Shown here: piece by piece, positions 12,881 through 28,135 of the stretch
Layout of the letters: each line of letters starts with the position of its first letter
Numbering within the stretch: the first letter of the stretch is position 1
Assembly (NCBI GenBank): GCA_964016885.1
Contig: OZ024746.1
Span: forward strand, 87,482,001-87,546,000
Length of the DNA stretch: 64,000 nt
Direction of reading: 5' to 3'
Source: Eledone cirrhosa
Lineage: Eukaryota
Notes under the pieces: generated by a model
The model's database searches: none
What the model was told of the DNA's origin: nothing
The model's input: the letters and a program-made list of their open reading frames with translations, nothing else
Translations under genes and position numbers: made by a program

Positions 12881-15051
12881 CGAAAGTACATCATGTTGTG
12901 ATAACCTGGTCTGCGTGTTAACTATTCATAAGGATTTTGTTTATTCATTTATTTATTTTTGCCTACACAATTTCATATAGATTTAACTTCAGGACAGGCA
13001 TGGCTCTATCTTTAGTTGTTTTGAATTTTTCATTGAGAAAATATAGTATATGCTGTTTTAACTTTATGGTAGGCGAATATCAAAAATGCTACTTTGTGAC
13101 GAGGAAACGATTTATTTTATGTGAACATGTTCATCTTGGTAGACGAAAGAAAGCTTATCTTTATTCCTCCACTTTCATTGTTACATTTAACCCACTACAT
13201 GTGTGTTTATGTTAATTACACATAATCTATGTAAGCTAAACCAATCTTTTGAAAAGTCTATAAATTTATGCAGTGTGACTATTGCGATATTCACATCGAA
13301 AAGCATCTGCAGATGAGAAATAGACACATTACACACATGCTATGCTTATAATGAAATTTCTATATTCATCATAGGCTATTAATATGTTAATTATCTCGAA
13401 TGTAGTGATGATAAGAAAGAAAGAGCTCTACCTATCTGCTATGGGATAGAATTGAAAAGAAACTTATACATTGTTTCATGTGGAGGAAACGACGGCATTC
13501 TATTAACGTAAACACAATTTTTAATTAAAATCGAACGATTTTTGTTCGTCAATAATGTTATCTACCGGAGGAACATTAGCTGCTTTTCTATGATATTAGC
13601 CAGTCATACGTTAGAGGAATTCTGAAGTACGTTATATTTGGTTTATTCTCAAACGAGCAAAATTTCATTAAAGGAAATCTCAATTGCAATAGCAGATTTG
13701 AATGTTATAATTAGTTTATTGGAAGTCACATTTCAGTTAGTGTTTTAATATATTCCATAAACATTATATAACGAAAAACAATTATTCTTGTAAGCTTTCC
13801 AGCAGGCAGACTTACTAAATCACTATTTTTAAGTTTAGTTGTTCAAGTGATCATGCTATCAAACATCCCTAACTGGCTTCCAAATATTTCATAATAAATA
13901 AAATAAATTCGTATAGACTAAAACCGAAAACACCACATCGTTTCGACGATTTGCTAGTATATCTGCATAATTAGATATATTCTGGAAGTTAATAAACACT
14001 AATTTTCATATTCATAATTGCTTAAAACATTTATGAAATTCTGCGTGTTTGTAACTTACATCAGCCTATTCAACCATGCCTTTAAATTACATGTCCCATT
14101 TATTATGTTATGCAATATTTACCTTGCCTACAATATAATATACAATATAATATACAGTATAATATACAATATGTTTCGTCACTATTAGACGAGTGAATTA
14201 CGGTTAGGAAAGTAGTGAACGTGTATTAGAATTATCAATTATCTCGGTTAGACAATTATCTTTTAAATCTATATTTGTGTAAAGCGAAAGACAAGCCGAC
14301 CGTTTGTTTTGAATGTTATAATTTCTTTTCTGTCGCTATTTTAAAATATACTAACATGTCGGAATCTTAAAATTACCGACGGTATATAGTCCTTATGGAT
14401 GTGGACCGGGGTTGTAATATGCGTTTCTTAATGGTGCATTGTGCAATCATTTTAGAGAGCATCTAACTATATGGCAAGATAGCCTGAGATAAAATGTATT
14501 GCTGAAATCAGAGTAATTTACTGGTATTTTTCGTTTATATTTCCGCGTTACTGATCTGAAATGTACATTCACCCAGAAAAATATGAACACGTTTCTTGTT
14601 ATGCCATGGTATTAATATGAACAGCATCTAAACATGTCTATTTTGCTGTTATTTAAAATATAGCTCGGAATACAAAAAAGAATGTTTAGCAACCGGCGTC
14701 GTTAGCCTAAATAATGTAACAGTGAATATTTGGCCCCATTCTTGGTCGAAAAACAGTTGGTTGAGTTTGAGTGATGTACTGAATTTCTTTTTCAAAACGT
14801 ATGATAATTTAGAGTCAATTAGGCAATAGTAGTATAGACTATAATATAATGAGAGCTGGTCATTGAAGCAGTAAAATCGCATTTTAAATATTTAAGTTAT
14901 CACGATTATTCCTGAGATAAAGAAGGGACATTATTACAATGAAACAACATTTTGTTAGAAATGCAGAGAAAACTAAACGAAAAATTGTCTTGATTTTGGA
15001 GTTTATAACATAGGAAAGTTTAATAAATGACACTTAGTTTGCCTACATATG

Positions 15052-15261
15052 CATTTAACAACAAATTTAAAAACAGATATAATGTTTCATGATTTACGTT
15101 TTACTGTTTTTATATGTCATTTCTCCGAGTGTAATTAGTTCATATTTCTATAGGTTAAATATATATTAACCAATAGAAATATGAACTAATTACACCGAGA
15201 GAAATGGCATGTAAAGAACAGTAAAACGTAAATCATGAAACGTTAGATTTGTTGTTAAATG
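15052..15261. mobile_element. ~210-bp near-perfect palindrome (MITE/fold-back)
   Basis: GTTTCATGATTTACGTTTTACTG..AATTAGTTCATATTTCTA / TAGAAATATGAACTAATT..CAGTAAAACGTAAATCATGAAAC, centred near 15161. Confidence 0.85.
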
Positions 15262-15361
15262 GATATTTACTCACTTAAACATTTGATCAAGTTTTATTCA
15301 AACAGCATTCCTCACATAAACTGATACCATTGTCAGTTCCACTAAAAACATACGGTTCATA

Positions 15362-15416
<55 letters not shown>

Positions 15417-18400
15417 CTAGAATTCCTAAAGCTGTATGATTCACAAAATACTGTAGGGGGATTTAGGAAAATAAAGTTTAATTATTGTGGATGTTTATCG
15501 CTAAAATTAAAATAATAATTATTAAGATTTCTGAAATGCCAAATAGTTTAGTATATCCTGATATATAATTATCATCTGAGAATGTTCTCTATGAAATGCT
15601 GAAGGGAATATAATGTCAAGATTTAAATGTCGCGGTAGTTATTATATTTAAGTTAAAATATGAAAAAATGTCAGACAAATTTATATTTGCATCGATTATG
15701 CAATCAAAACTTTTCTAAAATAAAATGATTGAGATTTTAAATAATTTTCATCTGCCACAAGACTTGCCGTTAGAAAAATAGTAAGAGGGGAATACGTAAA
15801 GTGGAAGGAAACTGTGACTGTAAGTATTGATTTTTAAATATGCAACAATCTTAATGCACCATTTTGAATGCGTTATCGCATAACTCTAGCATTTCCAAAT
15901 TACTAAGAGATCAAATTTCTTTGCAGGAATATATACATCCTCCACTAGATTAATTATTTTTCAATTTTAAAGATATAAATAGTTGTAATCATGTGGCTAA
16001 ATATCTAGACATATATACTAGTAATTGAACTTAAATTTGTTTTGGCTTGTATGTTGAGCACAAATAAGTGGAAAACTCAGATGGGTCTACCTTCGCATTA
16101 AATATATGATCGAGATAGGTTATGCAACTGTGTTTGATATTAATATACTAAAATATCAAAGGCGGAAAGTTTAAAACTTAATTTCTTCTAAATATTGTAC
16201 ATTTAATAACTCACCATCAGCACCATAAATGATAATTTAGAGGGGAGAGTAAACCTTTGAATATATAAAAATGAGAAAGGATTTACAAAAGTGAGGTGTA
16301 CATATGTGTTCAGAAGTAGGAACATTTTGGAATACATGTACATTAACTTCTGCGTTATGAGTGCCAAGCGAAAGTCAGTACTCGAACGTCGCTATCCCAA
16401 TGATACGTGTCTAGAAGGGGTGAAGAGAACACTATATAGTCCGCAGTGCCAGGTGTACAAGTCACCTAGAAGTCCTAGTGGTCAGAGCGAGGAAATCGTT
16501 GCCACGGTGGAATTAATTTAAATTATATTAATCCGTTTTATTTCTATAGGATAAGAAAATATTATATATTATTGCTGCTTATTCGTTAAACTTCAAATAT
16601 ATAGTTTTAAAATTCTGTTTCCTTTGAGAATTATTAACATCCTTTTAGTATATTCCTACATTAAAATGGTAATTAATTTAATAATCATGACTTAAATAAT
16701 TGATATGATTAAGAAGTGTTGTAAATAACAATGCTGAGTAGATGAAATTTACTGCTCTATACTGGTGAACAATCGGAAATAAAAAGCATATGTAAGCGAC
16801 ATTGTGAAAATCTAAGAAGAAAATATTGAAAATATTGACCTTTTCTTTATTCTCAAATGTTATCCATAGTTGGGTTATAATATATTTGTACAACACTATA
16901 AACTTTTGTACATATTTTCATCAGCAGTATTGTGAAGACGGTGCAGACATCAATATATTGTGGGGAATACCAAGTTCTATCATATAACTTCAATTATGGT
17001 GTTCCACGATTCTACAAAAAAAAGTAGGTGTCTATGAATTATTTCCGTAAAATTAGTATTGGAGTCTATACTAAGAATTCATTTCCCTTCTTCAGACTAT
17101 TTTATGTGCACCCGACAGTATGTTGACTAACAAGAAAGTGTATTAAATATAAATAGTTTTATTTATTTAATGATTCAGTATAACCAATTATATAAAGTAC
17201 AACAAAAAAACGAAATTGCTTGCTTCATTGATGTGAAGTATATACCTGATGTTGTGATAATAGGTTTTCTATATAAAGTTGCCATTAAAAAGAAACCCTC
17301 TTAAAGCGTTTCTTTACAATCCGTATCTAATTTTCATTACGGAGGGAGGAACGAAGTATATGAATATATCTGAAAAAATTAACATTGGACAGAGTCGACA
17401 TAATGACGCATGTTTTACATTTAGATTATCCCGTTTAAAAGAATATTACAATATTGGTATAATTATGCGAACGGACATATCTGAGTTGATTTCGAATTAG
17501 AATAGAGAACGCAAATAGCCAGGCAGATAATATATACAACTATCCATAACGATATTGGAGAAAGAGAATAACGGAATTTGGAAATGACATATATGCCTAA
17601 CTTTTCGTTACTCTCGTGACAGAGTATGGCGAGGGAATAAATGCTGAAATAACAAAGGGCATGATGTAGTGGACAAGTGTCCAAAAGTACGCAGACATCG
17701 AAGATAACTAGAATATTAAGGAACTTTTCACAGGGTATGTAATGAAATGTTTTGCGACCAGCAGTACAGAGCAGGAATATAAATATATGTTAGTAAAAAC
17801 TAAGTGGTTGTTTTCTCTCGTTATTGGCAGCAAATAGTGTAACACAAATAACACTGAGAACAGACAGTTTCAAGATTATATTTGTCAAAGTTTCCCCTGT
17901 AGAGAATATCTATTATTACATCGATTTTATTTGAACACTGAATTGATATATGGAATATTTTTGGTTTCTTTTGTTATTTATTAATGCTAGCATAATTCCA
18001 AACATATCAAATGGGCAGACTGTGACTATATGGTATGTCTTTGTTTTCAAAGATACTGATACATAGCGTACTTTTTTATATATTTTAATGGAAATGGTTG
18101 ATCATATGTTGTATTCAAGACTTTGTTTCAGTATCAAAATCTGCGGTGTGAGATTCATTTCTTTCTTCATTGCATGCCCATATATTATCAAGTGATCTTT
18201 ACGATAGCCAATTTCAAAATGTATATATTTCTAACTATCAAAATAACATTTTAAAATATTATAAATGTACAATACAATGAATATTTTTTCTTGATGAATA
18301 TCACATTATTTACCTATCTATTTCTGATGAATAATATTTGCTTCTATCGGTGTTCAATCAATAAAGCCCCAGAGCAGAAGAGTCAAAAGTAGATTTCGAG

Positions 18401-18944
18401 TGATTGTGTTTAAGTGTACAAGCTAAGTGAAACAGCAACTTCAAATGAGCACGTATCATTGGAGATAAGATTTTCAGATAACCTTTATAAAGAAATATTC
18501 AAATATTTACTTGTACACAATGCCAAACAATGAACCAGTTCCTGGTATTTTTGGTAACAGAGCGGAATAAATATATTCCAAATGGATGCATAGAGAGATA
18601 AAAAGAAATGACAGCTCTGGATCTGTTCAACTTTGTGGAGAAGACATGAACATATTCGACTCCTCAAGAATATTGGAGATGTGAGGAAACATGAACTTTC
18701 AGTCAGAATACAAAGTAAACCTGCTCTGGAGCTTTTCATGAACGACGATACAATGCATTTCCAGAATCCCGTGGATAATATTCGTAGTTTCAGTCATTTG
18801 TTAAATGAATGTCGATTTAGAATGTGTGGGTTTATACAATAAATAACATGTTTATATATTACGCATAGAAAAATGCACGTTTACTTTCGATGTGTCATAC
18901 TTAAACATATATTGTGAGACTTGTCAAATCCAAGAGCAAGATAG

Positions 18945-19525
18945 ACTTTACGTTATTGATTTAAAGTAGTGACAATGTCACTTACTTCAATGTTCAGCAG
19001 ACAAGGGGAGATAAGCTGACAGAGCTCTGTTTCGTAATTGTTGGTACTTATCAAAGCTCAGCACTCCTCTTCTTAGCTGAAAATTATGAATGTTGGATTC
19101 TTATAGAATTCCAGTAATAATCAGGAACAGATTATACAGAGTGGTTGTCCAGCAAACATTGAACATTAGAATTGGTGCTCTGAAATAGCGGTATATATAT
19201 GAATGTATATATAACTAAAAATTGAAGTAAGTGACATTTTTACTACTGAAAAATGAGGTAAGTGACATTGTCACTACTTTAAAGCAATAGCGTAAGGTCT
19301 TCAACATGCTTTTAATTAAGCATACAGCGTATTGCAAAATACACTATATATACATCATATATATTTCGCTATTTCAGAGCACCAATTCTAATGTTCAATG
19401 TTTGATGGACCGGCAACCGCTCTGTATAATCAGTTCCTGATTATTACTGGAACTCTATAAGAATCCAACATTCATAATTTTCAGCAAACAAGAGGAGTGC
19501 TGAGCTTTGATAAGTACCAACACGT
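18945..19525. mobile_element. Family G HHR repeat, forward and inverted circularly permuted copies
   Basis: 18945-19212 matches 24255-24530; 19252-19525 is the reverse complement in a permuted order. Confidence 0.8.
19012..19060 (-). ncRNA. Type I hammerhead, U3-A8 variant (family G)
   Basis: Minus: TGAGCT-TTGATAA-GTAccaacaatTAC-GAAA-CAGagctCTG-TC-AGCTTA. Confidence 0.8.
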
Positions 19526-20108
19526 ACGGGCGTTGCGTGGGTTTTTTATGTTTGCGCGTGGTTTTGTGTACTTGCTTGCATCGCATACACATGGCGGCTG
19601 TTTCCGAGTATGCATGCTTATGTACGTATATGGATGCGTGCATCTATATTTTTTATTATTGTTTATTTCAATAAACTGTGTATTTTATTTACATTATTCT
19701 TAACTCGGAAACCGAGAATAATTCCGTTTCGTAAATAGAATTTTAGTCTACGACTTCAGTTATACCATAAACGTGTTTTTTTCTTTGCGTGTAATTGTTC
19801 TCACCGTTCCACATAATGACGTAGTATCTTCATTTTTTCCGTTCATTGCCAGGGAACGTCTCCACGAACCAAAGTATCGTCTTCCTGTCTTCCTTCGGTT
19901 GCAACGTTTCTCGAAATATTTACCTCTCCGTTCACAGATCGATTTAAGTTTCAGAAGATCCCGTTAAGGATGAAAGCAGCGATTCTTTGCTTAAACTTTA
20001 ATCTGTTATTTTAATAAATATTTGCTCTACGGTTCCTATATATTTAATATATATTTATCCTTATCGAGCCCTCGTTGGATTTTTTAGTGTTCAAATTTAT
20101 TAATATTA
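19526..20108 (+). mobile_element. Family A Penelope 3' UTR/pLTR fragment with tail
   Basis: Reverse-complement match to 28134-28860. Confidence 0.75.
19946..19998 (+). ncRNA. Type I hammerhead, A4 variant (family A)
   Basis: AAGTTT-CAGAAGA-TCCcgttaaGGAT-GAAA-GCAgcgattcttTGC-TT-AAACTT. Confidence 0.7.
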
Positions 20109-20110
20109 TT

Positions 20111-20204
<94 letters not shown>

Positions 20205-20414
20205 GAGAGAGAGAGAGAAATAGAGAGAGAGAGAATGAGAGAGTTTTAAAGAAAGGGGGAATAGGTCTGCGTCGGTAACTAATGAAACTAGTAGATTGCC
20301 ATTGGAAATATTCCTTACTAGACACAAGCCTGGCCATGTTTTCTTTGTGGAAGTCAAGCAGTTGCCTATGTAACAATATATATATATATATATATATATA
20401 AGAGATAGATAGAT

Positions 20415-20565
<151 letters not shown>

Positions 20566-20765
20566 ACCAAGATATCGTTATAGGTAATCCGATTAGAGGC
20601 TGTGAATACTTCTTATCATGGATAGTTTTAGCCTACGGCTAATGGTTTACGTAGATGACGAGTAAATGATTTCACTTGTATTCCTATGTAAGTTTATCTT
20701 GGAGTAATAATATTGAAAAAGTGGAGAATAACATGGTCAACAGTACAAAAAAGGAGATTTATTTA

Positions 20766-20874
20766 CAGTCTAACATGTCTTTCACTGATAGAGTTGTCTA
20801 AACATTGCTAAACACTGAAAGTAGAGCCACTCAATTTAAAATACATCTTATCTCCATCATATCCTTAGAGACTG
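20766..20874 (-). ncRNA. pLTR hammerhead with extended stem II (degenerate, inverted copy)
   Basis: Minus: CAGTCT-CTAAGGA-..TGATGGAG..CTCTATCA..-GAAA-GACATG-TT-AGACTG. Confidence 0.55.
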
Positions 20875-20959
20875 AGAGAAAATATAAATATATGCGCCAC
20901 CGGCAAATTTACAAATTCAAATTACCACATCAACAATAATATTATTAATAAAGACCTGA

Positions 20960-23070
20960 TGCCTTTGAAATTAAAATAAAAAAACGAACGCATCACAACA
21001 AACTGCAAAATAACATCAATACACTTATAAAAGAGTTACGTACCACCAATGGTATGATAGTAAAGGCAGACAAAACATCTAATGTATACACCATGAGCGT
21101 TAATACATACAACAACATTATACGCCGGGAATTACATAAAAAATACAAGAAAACTACAGAGTCTACACTCAATAGCATTAACAAGGTAGGTCTTAACATA
21201 GTAAAAAAAAACTAAAATATCCGATAGAACCGAACTTCTAACGCCTTGTGAATCTACTTTTATTCTCAAGGATCATAAATGTAACTTCAGAACTAACCCT
21301 ACTATTAGATTAGTAAGTCCATCTAAATTACATATAGGCAGAATTAGCATGTTTATAATAGACAGAATAATACCACAAATTAAAGAACAACTAATAATCA
21401 AGCTCTGGGGTAACGCAAATGAAGCAATAGATTGGTTTAATACATTAGACAATAGAGAATCTTCCGACTTTATACAATTTGACATAAATGACTACTACTC
21501 TTGTATTTCCACAGTCACCCTTAATAAGGTACTATGATTTGCACAAACAAACTCTGACCTTTCACCAGATGAAATTAAAATAATACTAAGCGCTAGAAGA
21601 AGACTCATTAAATTCGACAATAGCTACTGGGAGCGTAAAAATAGACAGAATAAATTCGATATAACTAAGGGATCAAATGACTCAGCCCAAATCACATACT
21701 TGGTTGGAATGTATATAGCACTCTCCTTACATAGATAATTTAATAACTTACAAGGAGGAATCTATAGAGACGTAACGCTACTTTTAGCTAGAAACGTAAA
21801 CAATCAAAACTTAGAAAGATTAAGGAAAAAGATTAGAAATGATTTAGGCCTTAGCATTACTTTTGAACCCAACTCTAAAAGAGTCATCTTCTTGGATGTA
21901 TTGTTCAACCTTAACTAAGGACTAATAGAATCCTTCCAAAGAATAATGAAAATTTACCTCACATTGATTATAACTCTAACCACCCTAGATCCATAATTAA
22001 CTCCATAGTACATAGTGTATCCCTTAGAATCTCGCGCCTATCTTTGACGAACACGCTAACTACTACAACATAGCTTTACTTAAGGCAGGCCATAAAGAGC
22101 GACTCAAATACATACCAGATACCAAAAATAGCAACGCATTTAATATTAATAATACTATCCACACCTATAGAAACAACAAACCTAGGACTAAACATAGAAA
22201 TTGGCAGCAAACACTTAATTTAAATGAACAGAATGCTAATATAGAAACCACTAACAACCATAGAAGATACAGAAAGAGAAACTACTTATGATTTAATCAA
22301 ATGTTTAACTCCTCTATAAACAATAAGCTACCTTTCACTTTCTTCAAATTAGTTGACAAACACTTCCGTAAAATTCATAAATATCATACAATCTTTAATA
22401 GAAAACCTATAAAATTATCATACTCCACTGCCAACAACATAGAATCGCACATTCATAAAATTAACTATAAAATAATTTATACTTTAAGTAGCCCGCAAAT
22501 AAGTACCATAACACCAAATGCAGAATATGAGCATATTACATCATCGCCACCAAACACACGCCATAGCACACCACTACAATACCTCAACAAACCCAATTCA
22601 CAGATCATACATAGCAGTCTGCAAAACCTTATAATAGAACCGGCGCATAGAAAAGCATCTAAATGTAACTGCCACCTACCTAACAATTGCCCTTTACAAA
22701 ACAGATGCCTAAAGACAAATATAGTATACCTACGTACTATAAATTCAGGTAGCTTGGCATGGTATTACATTGGTTCCACAGCTGGTGAATTTAATAAAAG
22801 GTGGTACGTACACAGACATTCTATGATTAACAAGAATCTCTCGAATACAACAATTCTCGCCATAAATCTGGTAACTCAAGAATGCAAACATAGAATATGA
22901 GATCAGCTGGTCAAAACAGTCAAAAGCAAGGGCCTATGAAATGTGTATGTCCACTGCAGTCTCTGTAATATGGAACTTTTCCAAATTGTAAATTTCAGCA
23001 ACACTTTTCATAACAGTAGAATTGGACGAATTATTTTTTGTCGGCATAAATCAGCAACGAAATTCGAGAT
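20960..23070 (+). pseudogene. Penelope RT + GIY-YIG endonuclease pseudogene
   Basis: VKADKTSNVY; LKDHK..F..NP.IRL; FIQFDINDYYSCI; FDITKGSNDSAQITYLVG; GGIYRDV (YxDD site); CNC..CPLQNRCL..NIVY..YYIGST..F.KRW..H; CSLCNME; many stops and frameshifts. Confidence 0.9.
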
Positions 23071-23370
23071 CTTTAGACCAACTTAAATTCCATCTTATCT
23101 TTTCCATAACACTGATTTACCATTTGGATCTACTACGATATCACATTATCAGTAGCATTCACCATTATAATTACCAAAGAAGAGCATCAAAACCTCTTTA
23201 TATACATCAATATTTTTAATATATCTCTATCTTTCACTATTTATCTTTGTATTTATCTCCCTAAACTTATTTCATGCCGGTCATTTTATCTTATCATATA
23301 ATATATCTTCATATATTACATTAGATGTAATTTATTTACTTATTTATCTATTATTTATTTATTTATTCAT

Positions 23371-23409
<39 letters not shown>

Positions 23410-23898
23410 TCTATCAATTTTATATATATATATATGTTTTTATAAATATGTTTTATATATTTTTCATTCATTTCCTCATATATATCTATGCATCTATCTT
23501 TATTTTACTTACATTTATTCTTATATTAACGTTTATTCATCTATTTGCCCCTCTATCTTCTTCTCTCCATCTTATTTCTACTTTCATGTTTATCTATCTC
23601 ACTCGTCTATTTGTCCGTCTTCACTTTTCTCTCTATCCTACGATATCTCTACCTTTGTTTTTTAGCTGTAATCATTTTCTCCTCTTCTTCTTCCTTCTCC
23701 ATTTCGCCTTCTCTTTTTCCTTCTTCGTCTTTCTCTATCACTTAATCTTTTTCTTTCTTCGTCTTTCTTCTTCCCTTCCTTTCTATCTATACTACATCTG
23801 TGCCCCTTCTTTTTTTTCTCTTTATTATTAATATTATTATTGATGTGTTAATTTGAATCTGTAAATTTGCCTGTTATGCATATATTTATATTTTCTAT

Positions 23899-24007
23899 TA
23901 GTCGCTGAGGATATGATGAAGATAACATGTATTTTAAATTGAGTGGCGCTACTTTCAGTGTTTAGCAATTTTTAGACAACTCTATCAGTGAAAAAATTGT
24001 TAGACAG
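23899..24007 (+). ncRNA. pLTR hammerhead with extended stem II (sense to ORF)
   Basis: AGTCG-CTGAGGA-TATGATG..~60 nt..TATCAGT-GAAA..TT-AGAC; the consensus of the two pLTR copies restores the core. Confidence 0.55.
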
Positions 24008-24057
24008 TAAATGAATCTTTTTTTTGTACTGTTGACCATGTTATTCTCCACTTTCTC

Positions 24058-24686
<629 letters not shown>

Positions 24687-24689
24687 ACA

Positions 24690-25095
24690 CACACGCACAC
24701 ACACACACACACACACACAAACAACCAACTAGAGACATGTAAATAAACAAATACATAAAGAAATAAAAACACACACAGGCACACGTATGCGCAAACTAAG
24801 TACAAAACACACAAAAACAAGATAGCGTAGGATAGAACAAAGGAGAGGCATGAAATAAAAGAAAATAAAGAGAAGTAAAGAAAAGAAAAGAATAAAAGAA
24901 AAAGAACCTCAAGTCGCTGAAGAGTTCACCGAATGTGTGACGAGAGAACTTTGACAATATGTGAACAACCGTCAGCTTATAGAACCATACCACCAACCAA
25001 CCGGAGATTTATAATAAATTGAATTGAAACATTGGTGCGTGTGTTTCTTATTGGTTTCTTATTGGCAACATGACACACCCAAAGTATAACAATAT
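24690..25095 (+). mobile_element. Family E pLTR copy with degenerate HHR at 24913-24955
   Basis: GTCG-CTGAAGA..GTGAC-GAGA-GAAC-TT-TGAC; ends CCCAAAGTATAACAATA(TA)n. Confidence 0.7.
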
Positions 25096-25106
25096 ATATA
25101 TATATG

Positions 25107-25300
25107 TAAGAAAGGAATTGTGGTAAGGAACCGAATGGACCATAACATACCAGAGTACTCAATAATTAGGGTAGTAGAGTGGGAAATAGGAAAAGTATGA
25201 CACCGACGGCAGAGCTCAAGCCGTTTCTACGGCTATTTCTGTTAAGAAATAGCCGTCGAAACGGCTTGAGCTCTGCCGTCGGAGTCATACTTTCTCCTAT
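25107..25300 (-). mobile_element. Family B fold-back mini-element (115-bp near-perfect palindrome 25186-25300 plus tail)
   Basis: GTATGACACCGACGGCAGAGCTCAAGCCGTTTC..GAAACGGCTTGAGCTCTGCCGTCGGAGTCATAC; each arm carries an HHR 3' half GAAA-CGGC..GCCG-TC. Confidence 0.88.
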
Positions 25301-25330
25301 ATATACATATATATATATATGTATATATGA

Positions 25331-25458
<128 letters not shown>

Positions 25459-25495
25459 ATATATATATGTATATATATATATATTTATATGTATA

Positions 25496-25537
<42 letters not shown>

Positions 25538-25607
25538 GTGTGTGTGTGTGTATAGTAGTAATATTAAATTTGAAGGCTAAAATCCAAAGAGGGCTCGATA
25601 AGGATGA

Positions 25608-25639
<32 letters not shown>

Positions 25640-25640
<1 letters not shown>

Positions 25641-26030
25641 AGTTATTCTGGGTTGAATCGGATGTAACCGCAGAAGTATGGTACTGAATACATAGCAGAG
25701 TATACAAGTTTCAATATAGAAGAGCTTGTACAGGACTAGAAATGTATCATTCCTGAGAAATCATCCTGGAGCTGGCTGTCCATGTAAGTAGTGTTATTTA
25801 TATATTTTCTTTTCTGGTGGTGGGCGAGTGTGGAGATTGGGATGGGTGGAGGTCATTTGTTGAAGCATTTAAAGAAAAGGTAGTTCATTAAAAGCTACTT
25901 CTTTAAAGCTATAGTATTATCAAAGGCAGATAGAATACTGTAAAAGAAAATCAAATTTGCAATACCAATCCTAGTTTATCACTTAGACTAACAATGCCTG
26001 TAAGAAAGGTGTCTACAGGATGGGAGGGTT
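25640..26030 (-). mobile_element. Family C copy (diverged) with decayed HHR ~25723-25775
   Basis: Reverse complement resembles 2770-3165, including the tail. Confidence 0.6.
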
Positions 26031-26344
26031 TAATGGTTTAAAGAAAAGTGAAATTCTTTAGAAGATAATACTTTAAGGCTGGAATAAGGGTGACAAAGGC
26101 AGAACGTTTCATGTGTTGGGGTGATTCCCCTAATTGTGAAGTTTCTCTTAATATATATTGCAGGTGTCGACAAGCACATTCACACACTCTCCCACTTACA
26201 CACGTACACACATATACAAGCACGCACACACAGACTGGTATACACACAACAAACATAAATATTGGTGCATACACAAATACACCTATTCAAATATACACAC
26301 ACACATATATATATATATATACATATATATATATGTATATATAA

Positions 26345-26816
26345 CATTACTGACATCTATGCATATGTTAATGTCTATATAATATATTAGGAAGAGATAT
26401 TACAGACATCAAACGTATATTCAGAAACATCATTAAAACTATCACATACCGAAATATGGCTCTCAGTAATTTGTCATTTATGTATTGAGGAAATATTTCA
26501 TATTAAAACTCTATTAATAGAAAGAAAGCTTTATTCAACTCTTGCAGACATCGCCAAACTAAAACGTTGAAAAGTATATATAATCTATAGAAAATATCAT
26601 ATATATCTCACTTGTTTACGTTTTATATATCTACACTATGCTTTGTTGATGGTTGTGATGTTTTTTTTAAATGATATTCTTTTTAAAGGGTTTTTTAAAT
26701 GATATTTTGAAATATATATTGTTTGTGATAGTTTTAATGATGTTTCTGAATATACTTTTGATGTCTGTAATATATCTTCCTAATAGACATTAACATATAC
26801 ATAGATGCAAGTAATG
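26345..26816. mobile_element. Fold-back with ~100-bp arms (26345-26445 and 26724-26816)
   Basis: TTACAGACATCAAA..TATATTCAGAAACATCATTAAAACTATCACA and its reverse complement. Confidence 0.75.
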
Positions 26817-27900
26817 CTATCTAAATACATATATAAAATAATTTTTATCTTAGAAAATATGTAATATAGGATTCTTTAAAATCATATAAAAAATAATATA
26901 TAAATTGTTCTACATATACATTGCATATATCTTAATTGAATATTTTTTTCGTAAAGTAAATTCTAGTATAATCGACATAACTTTTAACTAAAAAATATTG
27001 GAGTTATCTTTTCCTTTATAATGTAACACGCTTAAACATTTCTTCTAACAACTAAGCTTTGCATAACTATTAAATTGTCTGTATAATTCCGTTTACTTCG
27101 TAAATTCTATAAATGTATTCCTATCTTGATGGAACTATAGAATGTACAAAATAATCTTCTATAATAAAATTATAACTACTTCATTTTACTTAATTATATT
27201 TTGAAAATGTAAACAAGAAATTCATCGAAACCCTTAACATATATAAGACATATTCAAATTATCTATCTATTGATAAACACAACATATATACTCAGCAAAA
27301 TTAGTTATATAAATATTTATATAAATAAGTATATCAATAACCCGTTGTAATATAATAAAGTAAAATATGGTTACAACCTTAAGTCTTCATAAAATATACT
27401 TATCTAAATAATATTATAACTCACGATTTGAATAGATCCAATATTTAGTAGTATCCCTCAATTTTTAAAATTGGTATTCTACCACTTCAAAACATGTATA
27501 ATTCTTATATTATTTTATACTACCAAAATGTATAATTATATAATTAAATAAATAAATATAATTATTTCACTCTCTTTACACCATCACTGAAATGATCCAT
27601 ACAATTATATTTTAATAATAAAAGTTTATGTCTAACTATAATGTATTTTTTCTTATATTTATTCCTTAAATTGTCTTACACCCTAATATTTATATTAACC
27701 TCTCTCTCTTCTTCCCTTAAAATTATCCTAATAATTATTTAAATTTATATAGCGTCTAAATATAACGACCTTTTTCAACTTCGCATCAGCCCATTAACGT
27801 ATACATCCTAAGATTTGAAATGTCTTTCACTATTCAAACAGAACTTAAAAGGATAAGTTCTTGTTTTCTGGACATGTCACTATTTATAAAACAACTTTTG

Positions 27901-27960
27901 TATTTTATCTGAGGAAGCGTACCAAAATGTTGGTACCCTTGACATATATATAATAAAATA
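27901..27960 (+). ncRNA. Type I hammerhead (GAAA changed to GACA)
   Basis: TATTTTAT-CTGAGGA-AG.GTACCAaaatgtTGGTAC.CT-T-GACA-TATATA-TA-ATAAAATA; 8-bp stem I. Confidence 0.7.
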
Positions 27961-28011
27961 AATATGGTTTTATAAAGATAGTTTCCACTCATTAATATCA
28001 TTGATATATAC

Positions 28012-28079
<68 letters not shown>

Positions 28080-28093
28080 TAGATTTATATTTA

Positions 28094-28133
<40 letters not shown>

Positions 28134-28135
<2 letters not shown>

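Noticed and set aside
13300-18900. Long repeat-poor AT-rich stretch as possible exons (ORFs 16291, 18633)
   Set aside because: No recognisable protein motifs or consistent splice-bounded frames; small exons cannot be excluded
20265-20377. Repeat shared with 33300-33410 as another HHR family
   Set aside because: The dispersed repeat is real but no convincing core or stems could be folded
22655-22975. Possible selenocysteine-encoding Naiad (UGA at Cys sites)
   Set aside because: Conserved Cys positions use TGT/TGC here and near 47025-47330; stops look like random decay; no SECIS recognised
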